A stretch of 64,000 nt of DNA from the NCBI GenBank assembly GCA_963752525.1, contig CAVVYS010000004.1, positions 317,394 to 381,393 on the forward strand, given 5' to 3'. This stretch comes from an uncultured Bacteroidaceae bacterium. GTDB taxonomy: Bacteria; Bacteroidota; Bacteroidia; Bacteroidales; SM23-62. Made by a program: the position numbers and the translations under genes. Positions 1 to 10,527 of the stretch are shown here, in pieces (the stretch's first letter is position 1; every line of letters begins with the position of its first letter). The notes under the pieces are model-generated. The model worked only from the letters and a program-made list of their open reading frames with translations. It ran no database searches and was not told where the DNA came from.

Positions 1-65
1 AAAATATGGCGGATAAAAATAGGGTAAGTAAAAATCTGCTCATTAAGTTGCCGGTTCTTCCTAAG

Positions 66-1466
66 CTAAAGTATATTATTTTTCTGTATATCTGTTATTT
101 TACTTTTGAATTTGCCACTGTACAATTCTGTCTCCACGATGGTTCCCGATCCGGTATTTTTTACATCTTTAAGTGCTTTGCCATCCTTCCGCGTGATGGA
201 AAAGCCCATTTTCAGGATTTGTCCAGGTTCAGCATAGGCGACCAGCCTGTGATAATCTTCAAGCCTTTTTGCCTCACCTGCCATTTTATTTTGTATCAAT
301 TGCCGGAATCGTAGCATGATGTGAATCGATTCTATGGCTTTTCTTTGGGGGATTTGTTTAGCTGTGCTCCTGAGGTTCTCTATTAATCGTGTGATCAATC
401 TATCATTGGAAACCAATTGTTGTTGTACAAGGAAGCGGGCATTTCCTGAGAGTTTTAGCAGACGTTCCTGCAAGGCATGGACCAGGGCAATGGTTCCGGA
501 TACGTATTTTTGTTGATAAAGCTGCAACCGTAGCTTCTGTTCGTTCAGGATGCTAATTGTAGCATTGATCAGAAGGTCCTGGAATTCATTGAGTCTCCCT
601 TCAAATGCAGCCAGTTTGTCGATGAAAAAGCCAGCTGCAGCAGTAGGTGTCTTCAGCCGTGTATGGGCCACCAGGTCTGTAATGGTATCATCCTGCTCAT
701 GACCGATACCAGTGATAACGGGCAGTGGGAATTGTGAAACATGGTATGCGAGGTCATAGCTGTCAAAGCAGGCAAGGTCTGATTTTGATCCTCCGCCTCT
801 GATGATTACTACTACATCAAAATGGGACTCGAATTCAAAGATTTTTTCCAGGGAAGATATGATGCTCTGTTCTGCATTCTCACCCTGCATCACAGCCGGG
901 AAAAGGCGGGTATAAAAAAGATATCCATATGAATTTCCCTGGAGTTGATCCATGAAATCTTCATAGCCTGCTGCCGTTTTAGATGATATGACAGCAATTT
1001 TCTGTGGTACGAGCAGAAGGGGTATTTCTTTATTCATACCCAGTACTCCTTCTTTTTCAAGCTGTTGAATTATCTCACGTCTTTTTCGTTCCACATCTCC
1101 CAGGGTATAGGTAGGATCAATATCCTGGATGTTGAGACTGAGGCCGTAAACGGGATGAAATTCTACCCTGGCAAGTACCAGGATCCTGATCCCGGATGCG
1201 AGCTCATAACCGGTACTTGTCTCGAAATATGGTTTAATCATGCGGTATGAGGAAGCCCAGATGGTTGCCCTGGCCCTAGCAAGGATCTTATCAGATTTTT
1301 CATCCTTTTCAATAAGATCAAGGTAACAATGCCCACTATAGTTTTGAGTGATATCCATAATCTCACAGCTGATCCAGCGGGGGACTTCAAAACTGTTTTG
1401 AATGACCTCCCGGATCTCTTCCTGCAGATCTGAGAGTTTCATGGTATGCCTGTCGCCTTTCACCAT
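66..1466 (-). CDS. xseA: Exodeoxyribonuclease VII large subunit
   Basis: 466-aa ORF with N-terminal OB-fold region (RWISCEIMDITQNYSGHCYLDL) and central catalytic domain typical of XseA; true start may be the internal Met about 24 nt downstream (MKLSDLQEEI...). No xseB adjacent. Confidence 0.88.
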   Translation of the reverse strand: MVKGDRHTMKLSDLQEEIREVIQNSFEVPRWISCEIMDITQNYSGHCYLDLIEKDEKSDKILARARATIWASSYRMIKPYFETSTGYELASGIRILVLARVEFHPVYGLSLNIQDIDPTYTLGDVERKRREIIQQLEKEGVLGMNKEIPLLLVPQKIAVISSKTAAGYEDFMDQLQGNSYGYLFYTRLFPAVMQGENAEQSIISSLEKIFEFESHFDVVVIIRGGGSKSDLACFDSYDLAYHVSQFPLPVITGIGHEQDDTITDLVAHTRLKTPTAAAGFFIDKLAAFEGRLNEFQDLLINATISILNEQKLRLQLYQQKYVSGTIALVHALQERLLKLSGNARFLVQQQLVSNDRLITRLIENLRSTAKQIPQRKAIESIHIMLRFRQLIQNKMAGEAKRLEDYHRLVAYAEPGQILKMGFSITRKDGKALKDVKNTGSGTIVETELYSGKFKSKITDIQKNNIL

Positions 1467-3088
1467 TATTGCTTGATAAAAATACCCTTCATCCGTTCGT
1501 ACTGGCTATGTACAAGAATGATATATGTGCCGGCAGGTAGAAATTCTACAAATATCTCCGCCTGGTTCTGGTTGGAGGAATAGATCCTTCCATCCTTCAT
1601 TTTCCTGCCGGTCATATCAATGATCTCATAGTAATTACCGGTTTCATCAGTGTCAGGGAACCAGAGATTGATAAATTGGGTTGCAGGATTTGGAAAGACA
1701 TGGATCCGGTCCGCTGTGGATTTAGATGCAGAGAGCAACATATCAGCGAGTTCAAGATCCGGAATGCCATAACCAAGGAGTGAATCCGGTGAATGATACT
1801 GGCTGGCAGTCCTGCGGATTGCTTTGATGATCTCATAATTGCTTACGTCCCTGTGTTTCTGCCAGAGGCATGTTGCCAGTCCAGCCATGACCGGAGAAGA
1901 AAAAGAAGTTCCGTTACCAGCGCCGACCAGGCCATTTGATCTGATTAATACGGTAGCCTGACCCTGTGCGGCTACATCCGGCTTAACCCTGCCGTCACTA
2001 CTTGGACCCCTTGAACTGAAGGAGGCGCGTTCTTCTGCGGCATTAACCGCAGCAACCCCCAGGATGCTGTCACCATCTGATGGTGCTATGATGTATTGCC
2101 ATGGATCCCCTGGATTGCCGGCATTGCCTGCACTGCTTACCACTAACAACCCTTTTGATGCTGCCAGTGTGGCGGCCCGGGTTACCAGGGTAGTCTTTCC
2201 GTCCATGTCGGAATAACTATAATCCTGAGAGCTGACAGTAAACCTGTCTGAATAACCCAGGGATGAGTTGATGACATCAGCCCCGGCACTATCAGCCAGT
2301 TCAGCCCCGGCCAACCAATTAGCCTCTTCTATGCGGAACTCAGTCTGGATATCTTCCGTTTGAATTAGCCAGAAGCCTGCCTGCATAGCTGCTCCCCCGA
2401 ATTCTCCGGGCAGGTATCCTGCCATGATTGACAATACATTCGTGCCATGACTGCCATTGATGCTCCAAAAGAAATTGGCAGAAGGATCTACAAAATTCCG
2501 GATTCCCAGAACATGTCCATTCTCCCAAAGTGAATAAAACCCGGCCAGGCTGTCTGCATTGTTAAATCCACCATCAATAACTGCAATGATCATATCCTCT
2601 CCTTGAAAACCCTGTTCATGAAGCTTATGACCGTTTAGCATTTCAACCTGGTGGTCAGAAGGAAGGGCTTCTTCAGAAAAAGTTTCCATGAATTTATCTG
2701 ACCCTGACTTAAGTTGGGGAGTCCAGTAGAGTAGCTCGATACCTGATACAAAGGGATATGTGGATAATACATCTGCCATATTTGAGTCAGCGGTCTCAAT
2801 TACAACTGCATTCATCCATTTTGTGGAATATAGTATATTAATATCGTGTTGACTGAGGTTGTCAAGATAAGCCTGGTTGACAGGAAGGTCGTTTTCTTCG
2901 ATGGGGATCTGATAACGAATTCTTCTGTCAATGGCTCGTTGTGAAAGGAATTCGGCTGGATTATCCAGTGAATACGGACTGCCCTCCTTATCCTTTAACT
3001 GTATCCAGAATTTATAGCTGTTTTCCTGCCCCATCCCATTAAGGACAAATCCTGAAATCAGTAATATGACCAAACCCAATCTTCGCAT
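1466..3088 (-). CDS. Secreted S8-family (subtilisin-like) serine peptidase with C-terminal type IX secretion (T9SS) sorting domain
   Basis: Signal peptide; S8 catalytic triad motifs in order (VIDGGF Asp, HGTNVLSIMAG His, GTSFSSPVMAGLA Ser); last ~80 aa match the T9SS CTD (Por_Secre_tail: ...GTYIILVHSQYERMKGIFIKQ). Confidence 0.85.
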   Translation of the reverse strand: MRRLGLVILLISGFVLNGMGQENSYKFWIQLKDKEGSPYSLDNPAEFLSQRAIDRRIRYQIPIEENDLPVNQAYLDNLSQHDINILYSTKWMNAVVIETADSNMADVLSTYPFVSGIELLYWTPQLKSGSDKFMETFSEEALPSDHQVEMLNGHKLHEQGFQGEDMIIAVIDGGFNNADSLAGFYSLWENGHVLGIRNFVDPSANFFWSINGSHGTNVLSIMAGYLPGEFGGAAMQAGFWLIQTEDIQTEFRIEEANWLAGAELADSAGADVINSSLGYSDRFTVSSQDYSYSDMDGKTTLVTRAATLAASKGLLVVSSAGNAGNPGDPWQYIIAPSDGDSILGVAAVNAAEERASFSSRGPSSDGRVKPDVAAQGQATVLIRSNGLVGAGNGTSFSSPVMAGLATCLWQKHRDVSNYEIIKAIRRTASQYHSPDSLLGYGIPDLELADMLLSASKSTADRIHVFPNPATQFINLWFPDTDETGNYYEIIDMTGRKMKDGRIYSSNQNQAEIFVEFLPAGTYIILVHSQYERMKGIFIKQ

Positions 3089-3105
3089 CTGGATTGTCCT
3101 GCTGT

Positions 3106-3915
3106 TTACTCTCTTTTGTCAAAGAAATTATTAATATCTACCTCCGGGATAGTCCCAAGTGTCTTCTCTATCTCCTCCATGTGTTTTTTTGCCCATTCTT
3201 CCAGCTCCTTATTATTCTGGAGTTCACCATTTACATAATGGAGTGTATGTTCCTCCTTGCCATTTTCATCATAGAAATGCCAGGTCTTATCCATTTTTCC
3301 ATATTCATATTGACCATCCATTATGAGGATGCGGTTCCGGTTATATACCTGGTATCTGCCGTGCAGCAGATTTGAATCATGCCAGGAAATCAGCCGGATG
3401 CTGGAATCTTCAAAGAATTGTTTCCAGAGGCCCTCTTTCATGTCCATTTGCCAGGACAGGATCTCGGCTATTTGTCCCCCAGGATAATATTTCCTGGATT
3501 CCCCGTCTTTTAGCCCGGTTTTATAAGTCTCGGTATACATAAGATCATCAGAATAATAGGAATAGTATCGCCAGACACTATCTTTTGCCATATTCACATA
3601 CTTTCCTTCTGCAGCCAGATTACCTGTCCTGTAATAAATCTTTGCATATGTAATTTCAGTTCCTTCAAGGTAGGTCAGTTCAGCCCTTCTGGCCCCATTT
3701 TCATAGAACCGTTCCATTTTACCAAGTGGTTTCCCATCTTTGAAGAAACCCTTATAGATCATGTTCCCGTCCGGATAGCTTTTTTTCCAGTACCCCTGTC
3801 TTTGACCCATGGCGTCTGTCTGATTCCAAAGGGTATCACTCGACTGCGAGGATATGCCCGCACTCAATAAAAGGCAGGTGAAAACCAGTAGTAAATTCCT
3901 GATGTAGCTGGTCAT
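3106..3915 (-). CDS. Secreted MORN/YwqK-like repeat protein
   Basis: Signal peptide followed by several ~23-aa Y/G/K-rich repeats (YKGFFKDGKPLGKMERFYENG, YYRTGNLAAEGKYVN...) of the MORN-variant type seen in YwqK-family proteins. Confidence 0.5.
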   Translation of the reverse strand: MTSYIRNLLLVFTCLLLSAGISSQSSDTLWNQTDAMGQRQGYWKKSYPDGNMIYKGFFKDGKPLGKMERFYENGARRAELTYLEGTEITYAKIYYRTGNLAAEGKYVNMAKDSVWRYYSYYSDDLMYTETYKTGLKDGESRKYYPGGQIAEILSWQMDMKEGLWKQFFEDSSIRLISWHDSNLLHGRYQVYNRNRILIMDGQYEYGKMDKTWHFYDENGKEEHTLHYVNGELQNNKELEEWAKKHMEEIEKTLGTIPEVDINNFFDKRE

Positions 3916-4016
3916 GGTAAGATTATCAATATTGCCAGTAAAACTAGCTTGTATTTGTTAAAACGAAAAAAACAGTGGATAATTTTCCAGGTAAAAAGTT
4001 AGTAATATAAAACATA

Positions 4017-4057
4017 AAAAAGACCTGCCAGCTAATATTTTACTGACAGGTCTTTTA
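4017..4057 (-). terminator. Rho-independent terminator downstream of dnaK
   Basis: Perfect 7-bp (extendable to 10-bp) stem, agacctg...caggtct, located 26 nt past the dnaK stop. On the transcribed (minus) strand it is followed by a U-rich tract (uuuuuauguuuu). Confidence 0.5.
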
Positions 4058-4082
4058 AGCGATATATCGTTATTGAAGAGAC

Positions 4083-5987
4083 TTACTTAACTTCTTCAAA
4101 ATCAACATCTGTAACCTCCTGGTCATCCTTTGGATCCTGGGGTGGTTGTTCTCCCTCCGCACTTGGTCCCCCGGCCTGCTGTTGCTGACCTGCCTTGTAA
4201 AGCTCCTCGGATGCAGCTTGCCAAACGGTATTCAGTTCTGCAGTGGCCTTGTCAATGGCATCCAGATCCTGACTCTTATGAGCCTCCTTCAGCGTTTCAA
4301 GGGTTTTTTCAATAGGTTCCTTTTTATCAGCGGGCAATTTATCTCCGAATTCCTTCAGTTGTTTCTCAGTCTGGAAAATAAGGCTGTCAGCCGCATTCAG
4401 TTTATCTATTTTCTCCCTTGCTTGTTTGTCCGCTTCTTCATTGTCTTTGGCTTCTTTCTTCATATTCTCGATCTCACTATCGGTCAGACCGGTTGATGCT
4501 TCGATGCGTATGCTCTGCTCCTTGCCGGTTCCCTTATCCTTGGCAGATACATTCAGGATCCCGTTGGCATCAATGTCGAAAGTTACTTCAATCTGCGGCA
4601 ATCCCCTTGGTGAGGGCGGAATGCCATCAAGGTGGAATTTGCCAATGGTCTTATTACCCTGAGCCATCGGTCTTTCTCCCTGCAGTACATGTATTTCCAC
4701 AGAAGGTTGATTATCTGCTGCGGTAGTAAAAGTCTCTGTCTTCTTTGTCGGGATTGTAGTATTGGATTCTATCAGCCTGGTCATTACACCACCCAGCGTT
4801 TCAATACCAAGTGAGAGGGGTGTAACATCGAGCAGGAGGACATCTTTTACTTCCCCAGTAAGCACACCGCCCTGAATGGCCGCACCAACCGCTACTACTT
4901 CATCAGGGTTTACACCTTTAGAAGGTGATTTTCCAAAAATTTTCTCAACAGTAGCCTGTATGGCCGGTATCCTGGTAGATCCTCCTACAAGGATCACTTC
5001 ATCAATATCAGAAGGCTTCATTCCTGCATCCTTCATGGCCTTTTTACAGGGTTCAACAGTTGCCTGTATCAGGCTGTCGGCCAGACTTTCAAATTGAGCA
5101 CGTGACAGGGTTTTTACCATGTGCTTGGGAATCCCGTCCACCGGCATAATATAGGGGAGGTTGATCTCTGTGCTGGATGAACTTGACAGCTCAATCTTAG
5201 CTTTTTCTGCAGCTTCCTTCAGTCTCTGAAGAGCCATTGGATCTTTCCGGAGATCAATGTTCTCGTCCTTCTGAAAAGCTTCAGCAAGCCAATTTATAAT
5301 CACCTCATCAAAGTCATCCCCTCCAAGATGCGTATCACCATTGGTTGATTTAACTTCAAATACTCCATCTCCCAGCTCGAGGATGGATATATCAAAAGTT
5401 CCTCCTCCCAGGTCGAATACGGCAACTTTAATATCCCTGTCTTTCTTATCGAGTCCGTATGCCAGGGAAGCGGCTGTCGGTTCGTTGATGATCCTCTTTA
5501 CTTTCAGTCCCGCGATCTCACCGGCCTCCTTGGTGGCCTGCCTCTGCGAATCACTGAAGTATGCAGGAACCGTAATAACGGCTTCATCAACTTCATGGCC
5601 GAGATAATCCTCTGCTGTCTTTTTCATTTTTTGCAGGATCATGGCAGAGATTTCCTGCGGAGTATATTTACGATCATCAATCAGTACACGTGGGGTATTG
5701 TTCTCACCCTTAACAACTTTATAGGGCACCCGTTTTATTTCTTTTTGGACCTTGTCAAATGTTTCACCCATAAACCGTTTAATGGAGGAAACAGTTTTGA
5801 CCGGATTGGTAATGGCCTGACGTTTGGCAGGATCACCAACTTTCCGCTCTCCGTTTTCAACGAATGCAACCATGGAAGGCGTTGTGCGTTTTCCTTCACT
5901 GTTGGGGATTACAACAGGTTCATTCCCCTCCATCACAGAAACGCATGAATTGGTAGTCCCTAAATCTATTCCAATAATTTTACTCAT
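4083..5987 (-). CDS. dnaK: Molecular chaperone DnaK (Hsp70)
   Basis: 634 aa; canonical N-terminus [18 protein letters not shown], ATPase and substrate-binding domains, acidic C-terminal tail. Confidence 0.97.
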   Translation of the reverse strand: MSKIIGIDLGTTNSCVSVMEGNEPVVIPNSEGKRTTPSMVAFVENGERKVGDPAKRQAITNPVKTVSSIKRFMGETFDKVQKEIKRVPYKVVKGENNTPRVLIDDRKYTPQEISAMILQKMKKTAEDYLGHEVDEAVITVPAYFSDSQRQATKEAGEIAGLKVKRIINEPTAASLAYGLDKKDRDIKVAVFDLGGGTFDISILELGDGVFEVKSTNGDTHLGGDDFDEVIINWLAEAFQKDENIDLRKDPMALQRLKEAAEKAKIELSSSSSTEINLPYIMPVDGIPKHMVKTLSRAQFESLADSLIQATVEPCKKAMKDAGMKPSDIDEVILVGGSTRIPAIQATVEKIFGKSPSKGVNPDEVVAVGAAIQGGVLTGEVKDVLLLDVTPLSLGIETLGGVMTRLIESNTTIPTKKTETFTTAADNQPSVEIHVLQGERPMAQGNKTIGKFHLDGIPPSPRGLPQIEVTFDIDANGILNVSAKDKGTGKEQSIRIEASTGLTDSEIENMKKEAKDNEEADKQAREKIDKLNAADSLIFQTEKQLKEFGDKLPADKKEPIEKTLETLKEAHKSQDLDAIDKATAELNTVWQAASEELYKAGQQQQAGGPSAEGEQPPQDPKDDQEVTDVDFEEVK

Positions 5988-6202
5988 TTTAATATGTTTT
6001 GTTAATGTTGTTTCAATGTTTCAAATGTGTTTTTCAATCATTGTGCCATAATGCAAATAATGAAATAATGGCATTGGATTGGGATACCTGTTTCCTGGAT
6101 TTGGAAAGATGTGACAAAAAGTCAGATTGACAGTTCCGAAAAAGAAATGGCAGATTTGGCGGTCTTTTCAGTATAAATTATCAACTTTATAGGCCCTAAA
6201 AT

Positions 6203-7027
6203 ATGATTATTATGGCCCTGCATGAAATTGTAAGACGCGTTACTACCCATGTACTTCATGAGATGAAGCTGAAGGGTGAGAAGATTGCCATGCTTACAGC
6301 TTATGATTATTCAATGGCAAGAATCCTGGATGAAGCCGGAATTGATATAATACTGGTAGGAGATTCAGCATCCAATGTGATGGCAGGCCATGAAACCACA
6401 CTACCGATCACCCTTGAACAGATGATCAATCATGCCGGATCCGTAGTAAGGGCAGTTAGCCGGGCACTGATTGTTGTGGACCTGCCTTTTGGTACCTACC
6501 AGGGAAATTCAAAGGAAGCCCTGACTTCTGCCATACGGATCATGAAAGAAACTGGTGCACATGCTGTAAAGATGGAAGGTGGGCAAGAGATAGAGGAATC
6601 AGTTGTGCGTATCCTTTCAGCCGGAATTCCTGTCATGGGGCACCTGGGATTAACGCCCCAATCCATTCATAAGTTTGGAACCTATGTCGTTCGGGCCAGG
6701 GAAGAGAAGGAAGCCGAAAAGCTAGTGGAAGATGCTCATATTCTGGAAGATGCGGGTTGTTTTGGCCTCGTTCTTGAAAAAATCCCTGCCAGCCTGGGTG
6801 GAGAAGTCGCCAAGGAATTAAAGATCCCGGTCATTGGAATTGGAGCCGGACCTGATGTTGATGGGCAGGTGCTTGTATTACATGACATGCTTGGGATCAC
6901 CCAGGAATTCTCTCCGCGTTTTTTGAGGCGTTATCATAATCTGCATGCAGAGATCAAGGGTGCTGTTCAGAATTATATTCAGGATGTAAGGACACTTCAG
7001 TTCCCGGACGACAAAGAACAGTATTAG
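6203..7027 (+). CDS. panB: 3-methyl-2-oxobutanoate hydroxymethyltransferase
   Basis: 274 aa with PanB signature ([31 protein letters not shown]; TIM-barrel KMEGG motif). Confidence 0.9.
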   Translation: MIIMALHEIVRRVTTHVLHEMKLKGEKIAMLTAYDYSMARILDEAGIDIILVGDSASNVMAGHETTLPITLEQMINHAGSVVRAVSRALIVVDLPFGTYQGNSKEALTSAIRIMKETGAHAVKMEGGQEIEESVVRILSAGIPVMGHLGLTPQSIHKFGTYVVRAREEKEAEKLVEDAHILEDAGCFGLVLEKIPASLGGEVAKELKIPVIGIGAGPDVDGQVLVLHDMLGITQEFSPRFLRRYHNLHAEIKGAVQNYIQDVRTLQFPDDKEQY

Positions 7028-7060
7028 TCGGTAAGATATTAAACCGGCATTGAAAATTAT

Positions 7061-7243
7061 TCAGTAAAATAATTTATAGATGCCTTGTTTAATATCCTTT
7101 CCTCGCTTGGGTGAGGAGAATATGTTAAGGTTATTCGTTCTCAGTGAGTTATATAAATCATCCAATGGTTGATATTGATTAAAGAAGGTGCCTATATTTT
7201 GTGCTTGCACAAAATTCAGCACCGTTATAATCAATATCAGCAT
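7061..7243 (-). CDS. Possible small secreted protein (60 aa), low confidence
   Basis: Only ORF in the 245-bp panB/rluA-family gap; N-terminal hydrophobic stretch MLILIITVLNFVQA resembles a signal peptide; no homology recognised. Confidence 0.2.
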   Translation of the reverse strand: MLILIITVLNFVQAQNIGTFFNQYQPLDDLYNSLRTNNLNIFSSPKRGKDIKQGIYKLFY

Positions 7244-7272
7244 TTGTTTAATTTTATTAGATTGCTCTGAAA

Positions 7273-7962
7273 TTGGGAAATAAGCTTGAGATATTATTTG
7301 AGGATAATCACCTGATTGCCATTAATAAAAAGGCCGGACAACTTGCCCAGGGTGACCAGACCGGGGATATTTCCCTGGATAATCTGGTAAAACAGTACAT
7401 TAAGAAAAAGTTTGGAAAGCCAGGGGATGTTTTTCTGGGTGTAATCCACAGGTTAGACAGGCCGGTCAGCGGAGTTATTCTATACGCTCGTACCAGCAAG
7501 GCCCTGGCAAGGATGAATCTACTCTTCAAGGATAAGAAGATACAAAAGAAATATTGGTGTGTTGTGAAAGACAGACCACAACCTGAAGAAGGGACATTGA
7601 GTCATTACCTTATAAAGAATGAGGATCAGAACAAGTCCTATGCCTATAACAAACCAAAACCAAACACCAAACCCGCCAGCCTTGATTACCAGCTAATCTC
7701 AAGTTCTGACCGTTATCATCTCCTGGAGGTAATCTTGCATACGGGGCGGCATCATCAGATACGTTGCCAGCTGGCCAAGATCGGCTCACCCATCCGTGGT
7801 GATCTGAAATATGGTTATGACCGTAGCAATAAGGATGCGAGTATAAACCTGCATGCACGTTCCCTGGAATTTATTCATCCGGTGAGAAAGGATCCTGTCA
7901 GAATTCTGGCACCTGTACCCTCTGACCCGCTCTGGAAAGCATTGACTGTCCAATTTGATTGA
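7273..7962 (+). CDS. RluA-family 23S/tRNA pseudouridine synthase
   Basis: HRLDRPVSGVILYARTSKA catalytic-Asp motif and overall RluA fold; apparent TTG start. Confidence 0.8.
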   Translation: MGNKLEILFEDNHLIAINKKAGQLAQGDQTGDISLDNLVKQYIKKKFGKPGDVFLGVIHRLDRPVSGVILYARTSKALARMNLLFKDKKIQKKYWCVVKDRPQPEEGTLSHYLIKNEDQNKSYAYNKPKPNTKPASLDYQLISSSDRYHLLEVILHTGRHHQIRCQLAKIGSPIRGDLKYGYDRSNKDASINLHARSLEFIHPVRKDPVRILAPVPSDPLWKALTVQFD

Positions 7963-7977
7963 GAAGGTACCTGCTTA

Positions 7978-8505
7978 CTATGATCTTAAGAAGGAACTAT
8001 CAAAGCTTAGAGGGAGCAAATCCTTGATGCTGTTCACGACATGGATGCCGGACTTTCCATACATTAGTATCCGGACAGGCTGGTTAAATCTATTTTCACT
8101 TTCAATAAGTGCCTGCCGGCACGATCCGCAGGGATAAACAGGCTGGTCAAGCAATCTATCCTGGTATACGGCTGCTATTGCCATCATTTTCACAGGGGAT
8201 TCCGGGTGCATGGCATTGGCCGCAAACATGGCAACACGTTCAGCACATAGTCCATCCGGGTACGCCGCATTTTCCTGGTTATTACCATCTACGAAGGTGC
8301 CATCATCAAGTAAAAGGCTGGCACCTACATGAAATTTCGAGTATGGTGCATAGGCCTTCCTTGCAGTTTGTATGGCCTTTTCAATCAGTTGTTGTTCTTC
8401 AACCGTAAGCTCATCTGGAGATTTGTACTCCTCAATAATAATGCGAATTTCCACGTTTATAGGATCATACTGAATCAAAAGTACAAATCTTGTTGATAAG
8501 TCCAA
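7978..8505 (-). CDS. cdd: Cytidine deaminase
   Basis: Zinc-ligand motifs CAERVAMFAA ... PCGSCRQAL typical of homotetrameric cytidine deaminase; ORF start is non-ATG and probably 60-80 nt too long (internal GTG more likely). Confidence 0.8.
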   Translation of the reverse strand: MDLSTRFVLLIQYDPINVEIRIIIEEYKSPDELTVEEQQLIEKAIQTARKAYAPYSKFHVGASLLLDDGTFVDGNNQENAAYPDGLCAERVAMFAANAMHPESPVKMMAIAAVYQDRLLDQPVYPCGSCRQALIESENRFNQPVRILMYGKSGIHVVNSIKDLLPLSFDSSFLRS

Positions 8506-8564
8506 GTATCCTTATGAACCGGAAAAACTCATTATTGATACATTTAGGCAAATATTTTCCAGCT

Positions 8565-9509
8565 ATGAGATTGCAGATACTGGCAGTATTATTCATCATA
8601 TTTTCCTTTATTTACCCCGCACAACTTAAATCGCAGCAGACTACCCGTCAGGAATATATTGATCAATACAGGAGCTGGGCGATCGATGAAATGAAACGTA
8701 GCGGCATCCCAGCGAGTATTACCCTGGCTCAGGGTATGTTGGAGTCAAATAACGGAAACAGCACACTGGCTACCAAGGGGAATAATCATTTTGGGATTAA
8801 ATGCCATGACTGGAAAGGGAAAAGTATGCGGCATGACGATGATAAAAGAAACGAGTGTTTCCGAAAGTATAAGTCAGTCAGGGATTCATATATCGACCAT
8901 ACCAATTTCCTCATGAATGCCCCAAGATATTCTTTTCTTTTCGGACTGGACCAGACAGATTATAAAGGCTGGGCGAGGGGCTTAAAAAAAGCTGGCTATG
9001 CCACCAGTCCCACTTATGCCAGTGCATTGATCAGGATCATCGAAGATCATGAACTGGACCAGTATGATTCAGGGAAGGTGCGACTCAGGAAGGTCGATGA
9101 CACAGAACCTATGGCTGAGGTTACCGATATTGACGGGTTTGAGATCGAGATCGATCACAGAAAGATCCTTGTGAGAAACCGGATCGATTATATCATTGTA
9201 AAAAATGAGGATACTTATCAGAGCCTGACCAGGGAGCTGGAATTGATGCCTTATGAACTGGCACAGTACAATGAAATTCAGAAGAACTCCAAGCTGAAAA
9301 AAGGACAGGTGCTATACCTGCAGCCAAAACGGAGTAAGGCATCTGTCGAATTCAGCTACCATACCGTTGAGGCAGGTGAGACCATGTATGATATTTCCCA
9401 GATGTATGGAATAAAATCGAAAAAACTCTACCAGTTGAATCTCATGAACCCCGGAGAAGAGCCTGAGCTTAATGATGAAATACATCTGCGCAAGAAGAAA
9501 AATCCATAG
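8565..9509 (+). CDS. Secreted glucosaminidase (FlgJ-like mannosyl-glycoprotein endo-beta-N-acetylglucosaminidase domain) with C-terminal LysM domain
   Basis: ORF track gives 8490..9509; signal peptide begins at Met 8565 (MRLQILAVLFIIFSF). Glucosaminidase motif GIPASITLAQGMLESNNGNS..HFGIKC; C-terminal LysM (YHTVEAGETMYDISQMYGIKSKKLYQLN). Confidence 0.75.
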   Translation: MRLQILAVLFIIFSFIYPAQLKSQQTTRQEYIDQYRSWAIDEMKRSGIPASITLAQGMLESNNGNSTLATKGNNHFGIKCHDWKGKSMRHDDDKRNECFRKYKSVRDSYIDHTNFLMNAPRYSFLFGLDQTDYKGWARGLKKAGYATSPTYASALIRIIEDHELDQYDSGKVRLRKVDDTEPMAEVTDIDGFEIEIDHRKILVRNRIDYIIVKNEDTYQSLTRELELMPYELAQYNEIQKNSKLKKGQVLYLQPKRSKASVEFSYHTVEAGETMYDISQMYGIKSKKLYQLNLMNPGEEPELNDEIHLRKKKNP

Positions 9510-9536
9510 CTCTGTGTCTGTCACAGATTCGACCGG

Positions 9537-10517
9537 CTAGGTGACATAGAGTCCGGAAATATCTTTCAATCCCCTTAAAAACTCCGGGGTCTCCATTTTC
9601 TTTTTCCCTTCAAGCTGGATTCGGGTAAGTCTTATTATGCCGTTGCGGCATACTATCTCGAGTGTATTGTTGTCATCAGTGAGGATGGTTCCTGGTTTTT
9701 CATTCACTGGCAGGACTTCTTTTTCAGCCCCAAAGATTTTTAGTATTTTTTCTTCTCCGGCCTGGTTTTTTAACCTGGTCCATGCAGCCGGATAGGGTGA
9801 AAGTCCCCTGATATGATTATAAACCACCTCGGTATCCTGATCCCAATCTATCAAACAATCCTCCGTGAATATCTTGGGGGCCGTTTTAAGTTTTTCCTGC
9901 TTGCTGATCAGTCCAGTCTGATCGATCAGGAGAGGATTCCCCCCCGCTATGGCCCGGACTGTTTTGACTAACAGTGCAGCCCCGGTATTCATCATTTTAT
10001 CATGCAGGTTGCCGGCATTTTCATCCGGATCAATCGGTACCGTTTCCTGGAGTATGATTTTCCCCGTATCGATCTCTTTCTCAATGAAGAATGTGGTAAG
10101 GCCTGTTTCTGTTTCTCCATTCATCAGGACCCTGTTAATCGGAGCAGCACCACGGTATTGAGGCAAGAGGGAAGCATGCAGGTTAATGGTTCCCAAGGGT
10201 GGAAGTTTCCATACTTGCTCGGGTAACATACGAAAAGCTACCACAACAATAAGATCAGGCTGAAGGTCCCGGAGTTTGGCTAAAAAGGCAGGGGATTTTA
10301 ATTTTTCGGGTTGTAATACGGGGATATTTTGTGAGAATGCATAATCCTTCACTGGTGATGTCTTGATTTTTCGCCCTCTCCCGGCCGGCTTGTCCATACT
10401 GGTAACAACTGCGACCACATCCTGTTTGTCATGGATCAGGGCATCCAATCCGGCCACCGCAAATTCTGGTGTACCCATGAAAAGGATCCTTAGCTTGCGG
10501 ATCACTGGCCTGTTCAT
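9537..10517 (-). CDS. fmt: Methionyl-tRNA formyltransferase
   Basis: 326 aa; N-terminal formyltransferase domain (ILFMGTPEFAV..., HASLLPQYRGAAPI) plus C-terminal Fmt domain. Confidence 0.92.
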   Translation of the reverse strand: MNRPVIRKLRILFMGTPEFAVAGLDALIHDKQDVVAVVTSMDKPAGRGRKIKTSPVKDYAFSQNIPVLQPEKLKSPAFLAKLRDLQPDLIVVVAFRMLPEQVWKLPPLGTINLHASLLPQYRGAAPINRVLMNGETETGLTTFFIEKEIDTGKIILQETVPIDPDENAGNLHDKMMNTGAALLVKTVRAIAGGNPLLIDQTGLISKQEKLKTAPKIFTEDCLIDWDQDTEVVYNHIRGLSPYPAAWTRLKNQAGEEKILKIFGAEKEVLPVNEKPGTILTDDNNTLEIVCRNGIIRLTRIQLEGKKKMETPEFLRGLKDISGLYVT

Positions 10518-10527
10518 GATTCGGGGA

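Noticed and set aside
6-314. 102-aa plus-strand ORF at the window start
   Set aside because: Lies entirely antisense to the well-supported xseA gene; low-complexity hydrophobic translation. Treated as spurious, as are the dozens of 60-130-aa antisense ORFs inside dnaK, ribBA, sulfatase, araA, FtsX permease, RND pumps and the 1140-aa gene.
5988-6202. Looked for a CIRCE (TTAGCACTC-N9-GAGTGCTAA) HrcA operator in the dnaK/panB divergent region
   Set aside because: No match in the 215-bp region; consistent with Bacteroidota, where dnaK is not HrcA/CIRCE-controlled. No strong sigma-32-type motif recognised either.
7190-7216. Inverted repeat ttttgtgc-tt-gcacaaaa between panB and the RluA-family gene as a panB terminator
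   Set aside because: Predicted loop too small and no U-tract on either strand; it lies 170 nt past panB. More likely chance or part of the downstream promoter.
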